Made by a program: the position numbers and the translations under genes. A stretch of 64,000 bases of DNA from Candidatus Cloacimonadales bacterium (GTDB lineage: Bacteria > Cloacimonadota > Cloacimonadia > Cloacimonadales > JAIOQZ01): positions 234,383 through 298,382 of the forward strand of contig OY762463.1 in NCBI GenBank assembly GCA_963665815.1. The letters are read 5' to 3'. How positions within the stretch are numbered: the stretch's first letter is position 1; the number at the start of each line of letters is the position of its first letter. This document shows positions 19,982-29,614 of this stretch, in pieces. The notes below the pieces were generated by a model, which saw only the letters and a list, made by a program, of their open reading frames with translations, was not told where the DNA came from and ran no database searches.

Positions 19982-20875
19982 CTATTTTATATATTTCTTA
20001 ATATCTTTTGCCAGAATAGAAGAAAATTTCTTTGCACCTGTATGATTCAGATGTAGCTCATCGTAAAAGTATTCCTGTTTCTTCATGTAATCGTATTTAC
20101 CATTATTATAGTCAAGTAGAGGGATGTTGTACTTTTTTCTGTATTCTGTGAACTTTTCAGGATAATCATTTTTATCAAAATAGTATATAGGAGCATCAAC
20201 AAAAATTAGATTTATATCATTATCTCTACATATTTTCATTGTATATATGAATTCATCAACTATTTCTTCTTTATATACATGAGGTGAGGTTACAGTTTCT
20301 GGGACTTCAGGAACAAGGGTTCCTGTCATTGGGCTGAAACCTTTTGTCCTCATTATATCTTGAGCTAAAAACTTCTCTTTGAGGATATAGAATATTTTTG
20401 AGTTATACTTTAGTGATTTTAAGATAAGATACATTCTATTCTTTGAGTTCAGCTTCAGTAGTCTCTCTTTAATAATTGGGTGATCATATATGACAGACAG
20501 CTTGTCGAAGCCTGAATCAATCTCTACATTACAGGAAGATCTTCTTACAGTCATAACAAGATTCTCAGGTATGTAACCTTTATCAATCATATACATAAGT
20601 GCACTGTTCTGAGAGTATATACTTATTCCATTCACTCCGGTGTTTAATACTGAAATGTTTAGTTCTTTTTCAAGAGTATCCGGGATCAGGTGCTTATATA
20701 TGCGAGAATTACCATGCAGAAGCAAATCGGGTTTTGACTCTATTGCAGCAAAATATTTTCCACAGTATTTTCCATTCCTTGCTGAAAGAGCCATACGATT
20801 TAAAGGAATTGAAACAATATTATCAATAGAAACTACTATTATCACAAGTATAACAATCTTAACAAACAGTTTCAT
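19982..20875 (-). CDS. membrane-anchored SGNH-like protein (AlgJ/DltD-like MBOAT partner)
   Basis: N-terminal TM, GNSR block and C-terminal DELHLN (DxxH); start 2 nt after the MBOAT stop. Confidence 0.75.
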   Translation of the reverse strand: MKLFVKIVILVIIVVSIDNIVSIPLNRMALSARNGKYCGKYFAAIESKPDLLLHGNSRIYKHLIPDTLEKELNISVLNTGVNGISIYSQNSALMYMIDKGYIPENLVMTVRRSSCNVEIDSGFDKLSVIYDHPIIKERLLKLNSKNRMYLILKSLKYNSKIFYILKEKFLAQDIMRTKGFSPMTGTLVPEVPETVTSPHVYKEEIVDEFIYTMKICRDNDINLIFVDAPIYYFDKNDYPEKFTEYRKKYNIPLLDYNNGKYDYMKKQEYFYDELHLNHTGAKKFSSILAKDIKKYIK

Positions 20876-20876
20876 A

Positions 20877-22322
20877 CTAGAATTGGAAATAAATGAACTG
20901 GGAATCATTTAATACTCCTAAGAAAATAATTGCAAAAATACCGAAAATATAAATCATCCATCTGGTTATCAAGGATCTTTCTTTAAAGAACTTATCTAAC
21001 CCTTTAAATCTTATAATTGAATCAACAGTTACTAACAATACAATTCCAAAAATATAGTATACCCATAATCTTGATTTAGCCCAGAAAGGAACATCAATCT
21101 GGAATTTAACAAGCTTGTAAATAATAGAAAAAGCATCATTAACAGTAACTGCTCGGAAGAAAATGAGCCCGAAGCAAAGCATTACAAATGTAATCAAACC
21201 TCGGATTATTGTCAGAGGATATTCCATAGAATGTTTCCTCATAAATTTTGTGATTGCTTTTTTTCTTTTTCTGACAATTATATCAAAACAAAGATAAACA
21301 CCTTGTATGATGCCCCATATAACGAAAGTCCAGTTTGCTCCATGCCATAATCCACTGATAGTGAATGTAAGCATTGTAACAGAAAGAATACGCCATAAGA
21401 CAGGATTTTTCTCTATCAATGGGAAATATATATAATCTCTGAACCAAGTAGTAAGAGAGATATGATTTCTTTTCCAGTATTCAGTAACATTTGTACTGAA
21501 ATAAGGTGTTTTGAAGTTATCCATCAAACTAAATCCCATGCTTCTGGCAGTTCCGATTGCAATATCAGAGTAGCCAGAGAAATCACAGTAAATTTGAATG
21601 GCAAAGAATATTGAAGCAATTAACAAACTTACAGAATTATGATTATCGACATTAGAGTATATAGGTTCAATATAAGTTGCTAGTCTGTCCGCAATAACTA
21701 CTTTTTTTATCATACCCCAGAGTATAAGTCTGAAACCGCTGATTGCTCTTTGACTATCAAAAACCTTTTCTTTACTAAATTGGGGTAAGAGGTGTGAGGC
21801 TCTCTCAATTGGACCTGCGACAAGTTGTGGGAAAAAACTAACAAAAGCGAAAAAATCAATAATACTGTCTGTAGGTTCAAATTCTTTTTTATAAATGTCT
21901 ATTGTGTAGCTAAGTGTCTGGAATGTATAAAAACTAATTCCTACCGGTAGTATTACATTCATCCTATTGAATTGAATTTCTTTGCCTAAAAAAGTAAAAG
22001 CTGTACAAAAACTTTCAATAAAGAAGTTGAAGTATTTGAAGTAAAGTAGCATACCCAGATTAACAAACAAGCTTATCAGTAATAGTATTTTTCTTTTCCT
22101 TTGCTCTGGGGTTGCAAAAAGAACTTTACCAATATGAAAATCCAGATATGAGCTGATAACGATTAAGATTAGAAATCTCCAATCCCACCAACCATAAAAA
22201 ATGTAACTGGCAATTACAAGAAAAGTGTTTCTCATTTTTATACTTGTTCTATTAGAAAAGTACCAGTACAAAATAAATACTATCGGAAAAAAAATTAGAA
22301 ATTCAATTGAATTGAATAACAT
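20877..22322 (-). CDS. MBOAT-family O-acyltransferase (AlgI/DltB-like)
   Basis: LPVGISFYTFQ, FFPQLVAGPIER, DFSGYSDIA, SGLWHGANWTF; C-terminal FIYFQF. Confidence 0.95.
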   Translation of the reverse strand: MLFNSIEFLIFFPIVFILYWYFSNRTSIKMRNTFLVIASYIFYGWWDWRFLILIVISSYLDFHIGKVLFATPEQRKRKILLLISLFVNLGMLLYFKYFNFFIESFCTAFTFLGKEIQFNRMNVILPVGISFYTFQTLSYTIDIYKKEFEPTDSIIDFFAFVSFFPQLVAGPIERASHLLPQFSKEKVFDSQRAISGFRLILWGMIKKVVIADRLATYIEPIYSNVDNHNSVSLLIASIFFAIQIYCDFSGYSDIAIGTARSMGFSLMDNFKTPYFSTNVTEYWKRNHISLTTWFRDYIYFPLIEKNPVLWRILSVTMLTFTISGLWHGANWTFVIWGIIQGVYLCFDIIVRKRKKAITKFMRKHSMEYPLTIIRGLITFVMLCFGLIFFRAVTVNDAFSIIYKLVKFQIDVPFWAKSRLWVYYIFGIVLLVTVDSIIRFKGLDKFFKERSLITRWMIYIFGIFAIIFLGVLNDSQFIYFQF

Positions 22323-22443
22323 TTAGACGTCCCCTGATTAAAATAATGAGCATCTCTAAATATGCTCAATTCAAGGTTTGAATGATGTTGAATTATGTCA
22401 AATAAAATATGAGATGAATCATTGAGATATCATGAAGGTTATG

Positions 22444-22472
22444 AAAAAAAGACTGCATTGAAAGCAGTCTTT
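22444..22472 (-). terminator. Rho-independent terminator of pfkA
   Basis: AAAGACTGC/GCAGTCTTT stem with a T-run on the minus strand. Confidence 0.85.
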
Positions 22473-22494
22473 AATAAAGATTTACATTGAGAAT

Positions 22495-23613
22495 CTATGA
22501 ATAAATCACCGGAATTTCATCTCCGAGGCAAACACCAAGTCCTCTTGCTGTTTTTATTATGTTTGATTCAGGATCAATGAAATTGTAATTTTTTATAGCT
22601 TTTTTCAATGGTACGGCAACAATGTTAGGATGCTTGTAAGCAACCATTTTACCAAAGTCTTTCTGCATTACAAGTTCAAATGCCTTAACACCGAATTGAG
22701 TTGCAAGAACTCTGTCATAAGCACATGGTGTTCCTCCACGTTGGAGGTGACCAAGTATTGATACTCTGGTGGATGCCTGAAGACCGGCAGCTTTAAGTTC
22801 TGCATTAAGTCTGTTAGCCGCTCCCTTAAGAATAAGATTCTGATATCCGACTTCATTGCTGGATTCAAAAGAAAGCTCGCCGCCAATCGATTTTGCTCCC
22901 TCTGCAATTACTATGTTGCAGAAACCAACACCGCTGTCGTATCTTCTGCGGATTACTTCAAGGACTACTTCTATGTCATATGGTACTTCAGGAATAAGAC
23001 ATATTTCAGCTCCACCTGCAATTGCAGCGTAAATAGCAATCCAGCCTGCAGATCTTCCCATAACCTCCAGAATCATAGTTCTGTTATGACTTTCTGCAGT
23101 GGATACAAGTTTATCAACAGCATCGGAGGCAATTTCTACGGCAGTCTGAAATCCAAATGTGAAGTCTGTTGACTGCAGGTCATTATCAATTGTCTTTGGA
23201 ACTCCAATAATATTACAGCCTTTCTCATATAGTATCTGAGATATCCTCTGAGAACCATCACCACCAATGTTAATCACGGCATCAAAGTTATGTATCTGCA
23301 GCTTCTTGACAAGTTCATCAGTTCTGTCAACTTCACCCCAGGATCCATCACTTTTTTTAACTGGCCAGTGAAGAGGACCACCTTTATTAGTAGTACGAAT
23401 AATAGTTCCACCCTTTACATGAATACCGCTGACTGCTTCAAGATTTAGATCGACCAGATTCATTGGTTCTGTAAGAAATCCATTAAAAGCCTCTATTGAA
23501 CCAACAACCTCCCAGTCTCTTTCTAAGGAAGCTCTCTTTACGATTGCCCTGATAACAGCATTTAATCCGGGACAGTCACCCCCGCCGGTCAGAACCAGAA
23601 CTCTTTTTTTCAT
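22495..23613 (-). CDS. pfkA: 6-phosphofructokinase (group III type)
   Basis: TGGGDCPGLN, GGDGS, PKTIDND, EVMGR and GHLQRGG motifs. Confidence 0.95.
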   Translation of the reverse strand: MKKRVLVLTGGGDCPGLNAVIRAIVKRASLERDWEVVGSIEAFNGFLTEPMNLVDLNLEAVSGIHVKGGTIIRTTNKGGPLHWPVKKSDGSWGEVDRTDELVKKLQIHNFDAVINIGGDGSQRISQILYEKGCNIIGVPKTIDNDLQSTDFTFGFQTAVEIASDAVDKLVSTAESHNRTMILEVMGRSAGWIAIYAAIAGGAEICLIPEVPYDIEVVLEVIRRRYDSGVGFCNIVIAEGAKSIGGELSFESSNEVGYQNLILKGAANRLNAELKAAGLQASTRVSILGHLQRGGTPCAYDRVLATQFGVKAFELVMQKDFGKMVAYKHPNIVAVPLKKAIKNYNFIDPESNIIKTARGLGVCLGDEIPVIYS

Positions 23614-23717
23614 ATATAACCTCGCAAAATATCATAAATTTTTATGAATATATAAATTAGTATACGTTAATAATGTACAGTTGATAAGGAAAGTGTCAAT
23701 TTTTTAAAATTGTAGGA

Positions 23718-25085
23718 TCAGATAATCTGTTCTTCTTCAACAGGTAAGTTTTCTGCATAAAAGAGAAAACGGTTTTTCCCTGCCTGTTTTGCTCTGTACA
23801 TGGCAAGGTCAGCATTGTTTATCAGATTGATAACGTTGTCAGTATCATCAGGATAAATACTTATTCCAAGAGATGCGGAAACATGAATATCCTGCTGCTG
23901 AATCATATAATTCTTTGATACATCATTGATAATACGGTTTGCAATGTGTTGGGTATTTATCCGCTTTTTTACATCCGGAAGAATAATAGCAAATTCATCA
24001 CCACCGAGCCTGGCAACAGTATCAACTTTACGAACAGCACTTTTGAGACGTTCTGCAACATGTTTGAGAAGAATATCTCCCACATTATGTCCGTATGTAT
24101 CATTAACTGCCTTAAAACCATCAAGATCAATAAACATAACAGCAGTTTTGGTTTTAAATCGATTAGTCTGGGCTATTGCCTGATGAAGCCTGTCCTGGAA
24201 AAGTACTCTGTTTGGGATACCCGTGATAGCATCATGGTGAGCAATATGAAGTAATTCTGTCTCAAGTTCTTTACGTTCATGAATGTTTACTTGTGTTCCC
24301 ACGATACGAATAGCCTCCCCGTCAGAATTCCATACAGCTTGGGCTCTGTATGCAAACCACATATATTCTTCGATTTTTGATTTTAATCTAATCTCTATAT
24401 AAAAACTAACAACCTGTCTTTTGAGATATTTATCCAGTTCATCCTGGAATTTTTGAAGATCGTCTTCATGTATCAGACTATAAAAGTCTGCTTTAGTGTT
24501 TATTACATCTTCGTCATCATATGCAAGAGCGTCTTTCCAGTGGGTGGAGAAGAACATCTCATCTGTTCTCAAGTTAAGATCCCAGATTCCCTCGTTAGTA
24601 GACTGCATGATAATTTTCCAGCGCTCTTCCAATGCATCAAGTTCTGTAGACGTCTCTTCATATTGTGTCTTCAGTTGATCTCTTTCCATTCTCAGTTTTT
24701 CTTCAGAAGCTTTCAGTCTCAGCATGGATTTTATCTGAGCAATAAGTTCAGCGATATGTACAGGCTTGTTAAGAAAAGTATCGGCACCAGCTTCAAGAGT
24801 TTTAATCTTGAGTTTACTTTGGGTATTCATCCCGGTGATTATTATTATTGGAATATATTGCGTCTCAGGATTTGCTCTTATAGCAGTACATAACTCAAGA
24901 CCTGACTTATCCGGTAGAATAAGATCAAGAAGAATCAATGATGGATTCTTGGTCATGACAAGTTCAAGTCCCAACATTCCTGTTGGAGCTGTAATAACTT
25001 CAATATCAGGCAAATATTCTTTTATTATATCACTGAATGTTTCAAGTATAAAGCGATCGTCGTCTATTATAAGTATTCTTTCCAT
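23718..25085 (-). CDS. diguanylate cyclase (REC-PAS-GGDEF)
   Basis: N-terminal receiver, PAS_3, DLDGFK and RLGGDEF. Confidence 0.95.
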   Translation of the reverse strand: MERILIIDDDRFILETFSDIIKEYLPDIEVITAPTGMLGLELVMTKNPSLILLDLILPDKSGLELCTAIRANPETQYIPIIIITGMNTQSKLKIKTLEAGADTFLNKPVHIAELIAQIKSMLRLKASEEKLRMERDQLKTQYEETSTELDALEERWKIIMQSTNEGIWDLNLRTDEMFFSTHWKDALAYDDEDVINTKADFYSLIHEDDLQKFQDELDKYLKRQVVSFYIEIRLKSKIEEYMWFAYRAQAVWNSDGEAIRIVGTQVNIHERKELETELLHIAHHDAITGIPNRVLFQDRLHQAIAQTNRFKTKTAVMFIDLDGFKAVNDTYGHNVGDILLKHVAERLKSAVRKVDTVARLGGDEFAIILPDVKKRINTQHIANRIINDVSKNYMIQQQDIHVSASLGISIYPDDTDNVINLINNADLAMYRAKQAGKNRFLFYAENLPVEEEQII

Positions 25086-25450
25086 AACTTTTCACTAGTT
25101 TTTTCTTAAACATACTGAATATACATTGTTTGTGTCAAGTTTATTATTGTGTCAACTTTGTTAAAGTTTAAAAATGATATGGTTATTGAGATAGACATCG
25201 CAGTTAAAAGGAATAAGTGAATAACTCTAACTGTCAGAAATAAAACGTATTACATGGTTAGTATGTATGCTATGTTATAAAATTGAATCAATTTCAAAAA
25301 AATGTTAAAAACATGATGAGATATTGAAAAAGATACCATATTTCACTACATATTAATAATAATTACACAAACCTTCATTTTACAGATAAAGACTTGACAT
25401 TTTTAGTATCTTGCAATCGTATTTTCTGATGAATATAAACAGGAGTGAAA

Positions 25451-25837
25451 ATGAACTCAGATAAATGTGGACATATATACGGAAATTCAAATAATCCAAT
25501 TATTAATATGCTTAAAATAAGGCTTTGCGACTATATTGAGGGGCATTTGCAAAATCCTGAAAATCTGAGACTTCTTGCCGGACAATACAGAATTGATTCT
25601 CAACCAGAAAATGAAACTAAGGATTTTGAGTTTTATGTACAGCTGGAAAAGCTTGTACAGCGTGGGATTAGCGAAGGTTTATTCAGGGATCAGAACGTTG
25701 ATTCTGTAGTTCAGTTTTTGTGGGCTTCTGTGTTTGGACTTAGCTGCCTGCTTGTACTCAGACATGGATTCCCATGGCAGGATGATATTGTGGAATCATC
25801 TGTATCTCAGATGATAAATTCTTTGCTTTCGTTGTAA
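25451..25837 (+). CDS. TetR-family C-terminal (ligand-binding)-like domain without HTH
   Basis: VQRGISEGLFR and FLWASVFGL patterns of TetR C-terminal domains; ATG after AGGAG. Confidence 0.6.
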   Translation: MNSDKCGHIYGNSNNPIINMLKIRLCDYIEGHLQNPENLRLLAGQYRIDSQPENETKDFEFYVQLEKLVQRGISEGLFRDQNVDSVVQFLWASVFGLSCLLVLRHGFPWQDDIVESSVSQMINSLLSL

Positions 25838-25858
25838 TTATTACAGAATGGAGTGCTC

Positions 25859-26755
25859 ATGAATTTCAAAAAGATTCTTTTCTTTTTATCTTTTATTCTT
25901 GTCTATCTGATAGTAAAAGAAGCAATTATCTTGACCTCTGCATGCTTCGGAATCAATCAGTACTTTGGTTATGCTGTAGTAATGATTATCTTTGGATTTC
26001 TAATCTGGTTCGGAGTCATCCCGCTTATGAAGATGCTCCGATACAAAGCTGTATTTTCTCCTGTAAGATCGGAAGGCCTGATTCAGGAAAATCTGCATCA
26101 GCGGCTTGTTCACCTGAGAGATAATCCTAAACTTGCAGTCATTGCTGAAGCAGGAGATTTATCAGGGATGGATTTGTATGATAAGTATATGGTTGAATTA
26201 CATGTGCATACGGAAAAAATCAGAAGCAAATACGTTTCCCGTTTATTTATGAGTACAGCTGTTTCACAGAATGGATTTCTTGATGCTGTTCTGATATTCT
26301 CTGCCAGTGTAAATCTGGTTAAAGAAATATTCAAATTGTATAATGGGCGTGTTAACAACAGGGATATTCTCGTAATATTTAAAAAGATATATTACTCAAT
26401 CGCAATTGGTGGATCAGAAGGTGTCGAAATCGCTGCAAACGAAATCTATTCAAAGCTGGCAAATGAAAGTATTCGAAAAATTCCATTCCTGAACATGATT
26501 ACAGGCTCCTTATGTGATGGTTTTGTTAATGCAGCTCTTTTAACAAGAGTGGCATTAATCACAGAAAACTATTGCAGCAAAATTTATATCAACAGGGACA
26601 GAGACCTGTATCCATCTCCTACATTTATTGTGAAAACAACAAAACACATTGTGACAGGCAGTATGGATATGTTTAGAAAAGAAGAAGAGAATGGTCATAG
26701 TGTAAAATCAGTTTTTTCTCGATTCAGGACTTTACTGAAAGGGAAAGAAGAATAA
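25859..26755 (+). CDS. DUF697/YcjF-like membrane protein
   Basis: Two N-terminal TMs; TAVSQNGFLD and DGFVNAALLTRV motifs. Confidence 0.75.
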   Translation: MNFKKILFFLSFILVYLIVKEAIILTSACFGINQYFGYAVVMIIFGFLIWFGVIPLMKMLRYKAVFSPVRSEGLIQENLHQRLVHLRDNPKLAVIAEAGDLSGMDLYDKYMVELHVHTEKIRSKYVSRLFMSTAVSQNGFLDAVLIFSASVNLVKEIFKLYNGRVNNRDILVIFKKIYYSIAIGGSEGVEIAANEIYSKLANESIRKIPFLNMITGSLCDGFVNAALLTRVALITENYCSKIYINRDRDLYPSPTFIVKTTKHIVTGSMDMFRKEEENGHSVKSVFSRFRTLLKGKEE

Positions 26756-26830
26756 ATTCTGATTTATGCACTAAATATGTATTTAGGAATATTTCTTGCA
26801 ATATCTGAAGAAAACTTCTGAAGAGGACTT

Positions 26831-27730
26831 ATGAAAACAGTTGTAATAGTTATTGTTCTTGTATTAGTAATAATGGGTTCATTCCTGTTAATTGCAAACA
26901 TTCTTGCGAATGATCCTGAGGAGATAGAAGTCTCGGAAGAAAAGAAACCGGTTAGTGGATCTGTAAGAGGATTTGTGAGATATGGTTTAGGTAAAGGTCA
27001 TCCTCTGGAAGGAGTAGAAGTTAAATTTGGAGAGTTGAGTATGACTACCGGGATTGACGGATATTACAGCTTTAACAATCTCGCTGAGACTGAAGATAGA
27101 TTGTATTTTTTTAAAGAAGATTATTATCACCTTCCCGAGGATGTAAAAGTGTATGGTGATACGGTAATTGTGAACATCAGCATGACGTCTGAAAAATATG
27201 TGAGGGATATTTCCGGATTTATAAGAAATTTTGATAATAGCATACCGGTTTCCGAAGCAGAAATTATCCTTGAGTCTGAGAAAGCAGTTACTGATGATGA
27301 AGGTCGGTTTGAGCTCAGTGGAATTCCATTCAGTGCATATAGAGTCATAGTTAAACATAAGGATTTTCATTCCTATGATACTACAGGAGTAGTTATAAAT
27401 AACAAATATGTGCCTGTTACTTGTTATGTTAAACCTGGCAAACCTGTAATAAAATGGATCAAAGCAAGAACGTATCAGCTCAAGGAAGAAAATTATCATT
27501 GGACTCTGGATATTAAAACAAAAGTGTTTGATCATGTTGGAATTAAGTATGTTTTCTGCACAGGAGTGTTTGTGGGGAATAATGAGGATTACAAACTATA
27601 TTGTGAACCTGAAGAGAATGGAGTGTATGCGCTTTTATATAAAGGATCTAGAAGATATAAACCACAATGGCTGCATGTTGTTGATGATGAAGATTTTGAA
27701 ACAGTGGAAGAGATATTTTACGAGGATTAG
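26831..27730 (+). CDS. membrane-anchored protein with two carboxypeptidase-regulatory-like (prealbumin-like) domains
   Basis: N-terminal TM; repeated TGIDGYYSF and TDDEGRFEL motifs. Confidence 0.75.
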   Translation: MKTVVIVIVLVLVIMGSFLLIANILANDPEEIEVSEEKKPVSGSVRGFVRYGLGKGHPLEGVEVKFGELSMTTGIDGYYSFNNLAETEDRLYFFKEDYYHLPEDVKVYGDTVIVNISMTSEKYVRDISGFIRNFDNSIPVSEAEIILESEKAVTDDEGRFELSGIPFSAYRVIVKHKDFHSYDTTGVVINNKYVPVTCYVKPGKPVIKWIKARTYQLKEENYHWTLDIKTKVFDHVGIKYVFCTGVFVGNNEDYKLYCEPEENGVYALLYKGSRRYKPQWLHVVDDEDFETVEEIFYED

Positions 27731-27839
27731 TGGTGGATTTACAGCTGATTCTCATGACACAATTTTGCATAATCAGTATTAAAAACAATTTACTGGACAT
27801 TTTTGAAAGAGTTTTACGATAGTCGCTTTTGAGGATGAT

Positions 27840-29000
27840 ATGAGTAAAAAAATATTCTGGCTTGCCGGTGAGAAATCCGGTGATATCCATGCTGCTGGAG
27901 CAATTGCTGCCTGTAATAGAAATATTTCTGATGTTGAACATATCGGGATAGGTGGTCCGGCAATGCAGGAACAGGGTCTGAAACCCATTTTTCAGTTTGA
28001 TCGTTTTCAGGTAATGGGATTTCTGGAAGTCGTGAAGCATCTGGCTTTTTTCCGGAATGTAGAGAAAAAGATACTACATAGATTCAAGACTGATCCACCT
28101 GATCTGGCTGTAATGGTTGATTATCCGGGATTGAACATGCGTATTGCCAGAATGGCTGAAGAACATGAAATTCCGGTACTCTGGTACATTTGTCCTCAAT
28201 TCTGGGCGTGGAAGTTCAAAAGAATCTATAAATTAAGAGATTACACTCGTCACGTTGCCTGTATTCTTCCATTTGAAGAAGAAATCCTCAAACGACACAG
28301 ACTCAATGCAACTTACGTTGGACATCCAATTGCTGAAGAAATAAAATTCGAGACAACTCGTGAGCAATTTGCAGTAAGATACAGCATTAATCATGAGAAA
28401 CAATGGATAGGATTTTTCCCGGGATCAAGAGAAATGGAAATCAAACGGCTCCTTCCTGTTCATCTTGATGCAATTAAAAATATGCCCTCAGCTAATTATG
28501 AATTTCTTATTTCGAAAGCAGATTCTGTAAACTCTGATTTATTCTACAATATTTTAAAAGAGTCCGGGCTGGAGAACATTCATATTATTCTACAGGATAA
28601 TTATGATATGATGAAGCATTGTGATTTCCTGACAATAACATCAGGTACAGCAACAATTGAAGCTGCATACATCGGAACTCCTGCACTTATAACATATAAA
28701 GCAAACAGACTATCTTATGAAATAGGGAAGAGGATAATCCGGATAGATAAAATCGGGCTTCCCAACATTATTATGGAAGAGATGGTTTTTCCTGAACTTA
28801 TTCAGGATGATGCAAACGGAAGAAAAATAGCAGATACTATAATGCTTCATTTAAGTAAGAAAGAAATTCTTGATGAAACAAGAACACGTCTCAAAGAACT
28901 TCATAACATTCTCGGGGACAGGAAAGCATCAAACACTGTTGCTGAGATTGCAGGGAAAATCCTGAAAAACAAAATGTGGATACCTGAATCAGATGTATAA
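27840..29000 (+). CDS. lpxB: lipid-A-disaccharide synthase
   Basis: AGEKSGD, DYPGLN, PQFWAW, LPFE, VGHP, PGSR and SGTATIE motifs. Confidence 0.96.
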   Translation: MSKKIFWLAGEKSGDIHAAGAIAACNRNISDVEHIGIGGPAMQEQGLKPIFQFDRFQVMGFLEVVKHLAFFRNVEKKILHRFKTDPPDLAVMVDYPGLNMRIARMAEEHEIPVLWYICPQFWAWKFKRIYKLRDYTRHVACILPFEEEILKRHRLNATYVGHPIAEEIKFETTREQFAVRYSINHEKQWIGFFPGSREMEIKRLLPVHLDAIKNMPSANYEFLISKADSVNSDLFYNILKESGLENIHIILQDNYDMMKHCDFLTITSGTATIEAAYIGTPALITYKANRLSYEIGKRIIRIDKIGLPNIIMEEMVFPELIQDDANGRKIADTIMLHLSKKEILDETRTRLKELHNILGDRKASNTVAEIAGKILKNKMWIPESDV

Positions 29001-29598
29001 AGTAGGTTTGTTTTTTGTGAAATATCTCGGAGCAATGCTCGTCAAGTTAATGGGCATGTTCTGGCGATATGAGATTATCAATAAGAATCACAATGATCGT
29101 GTGTTATATCTGTTCTGGCACAGGAATATCCTTCCGCTTCTGTATTTACGCAGAGGAGAAGGTGTTGGTGTAATGATATCTTCCTCAAAAGATGGTGATT
29201 ATGTTGCAGAACCTGCTAAGGTACTGGGATTCCGTCCAATACGCGGCTCAATAACCAGAGGTGGTGCAAAGGCTGCACGTGAGATGATTAAGTTTGCCAG
29301 AGAAAACAGTATCTGTATTGTTCCTGATGGTCCGAAAGGTCCTGCCTGTAAAATTAAAAACGGCGCAGGGATTGTAGCATTATTGTCTGGACTTCCAATC
29401 ATTCCGGCTGTCGTTCACATTGACAGGGAATGGGTTTTTAACTCATGGGATAGATTCCGCCTGCCAAAGCCATTCGCAAAGATTTATGTTGAGTATGGTA
29501 AAGAATATAAAATAGATGATAAGAAAAAAATATCAGAAGTGTTGACAGAAATTGAAGCAGATATGAGCAAGACATTAGAAAAATATTCTACAAAATAA
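28993..29598 (+). CDS. DUF374 lysophospholipid acyltransferase family protein (LpxJ-like)
   Basis: FWH, SSSKDG, RGS, PDGPKGP and SWDRFRLPKPF motifs. Confidence 0.88.
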   Translation: MYKVGLFFVKYLGAMLVKLMGMFWRYEIINKNHNDRVLYLFWHRNILPLLYLRRGEGVGVMISSSKDGDYVAEPAKVLGFRPIRGSITRGGAKAAREMIKFARENSICIVPDGPKGPACKIKNGAGIVALLSGLPIIPAVVHIDREWVFNSWDRFRLPKPFAKIYVEYGKEYKIDDKKKISEVLTEIEADMSKTLEKYSTK

Positions 29599-29614
29599 TA
29601 TATACGAGGTAATT

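Noticed and set aside
25130-25159. Direct repeat TTGTGTCAAnTTT, two copies 17 bp apart
   Set aside because: Explained as tandem TTGACA -35 elements on the minus strand for the diguanylate cyclase; only two copies
26987-27535. 182-aa antisense ORF, and the many other 60-160 aa antisense or alternate-frame ORFs in the track
   Set aside because: They are shadows of well-supported genes, with no motifs or RBS
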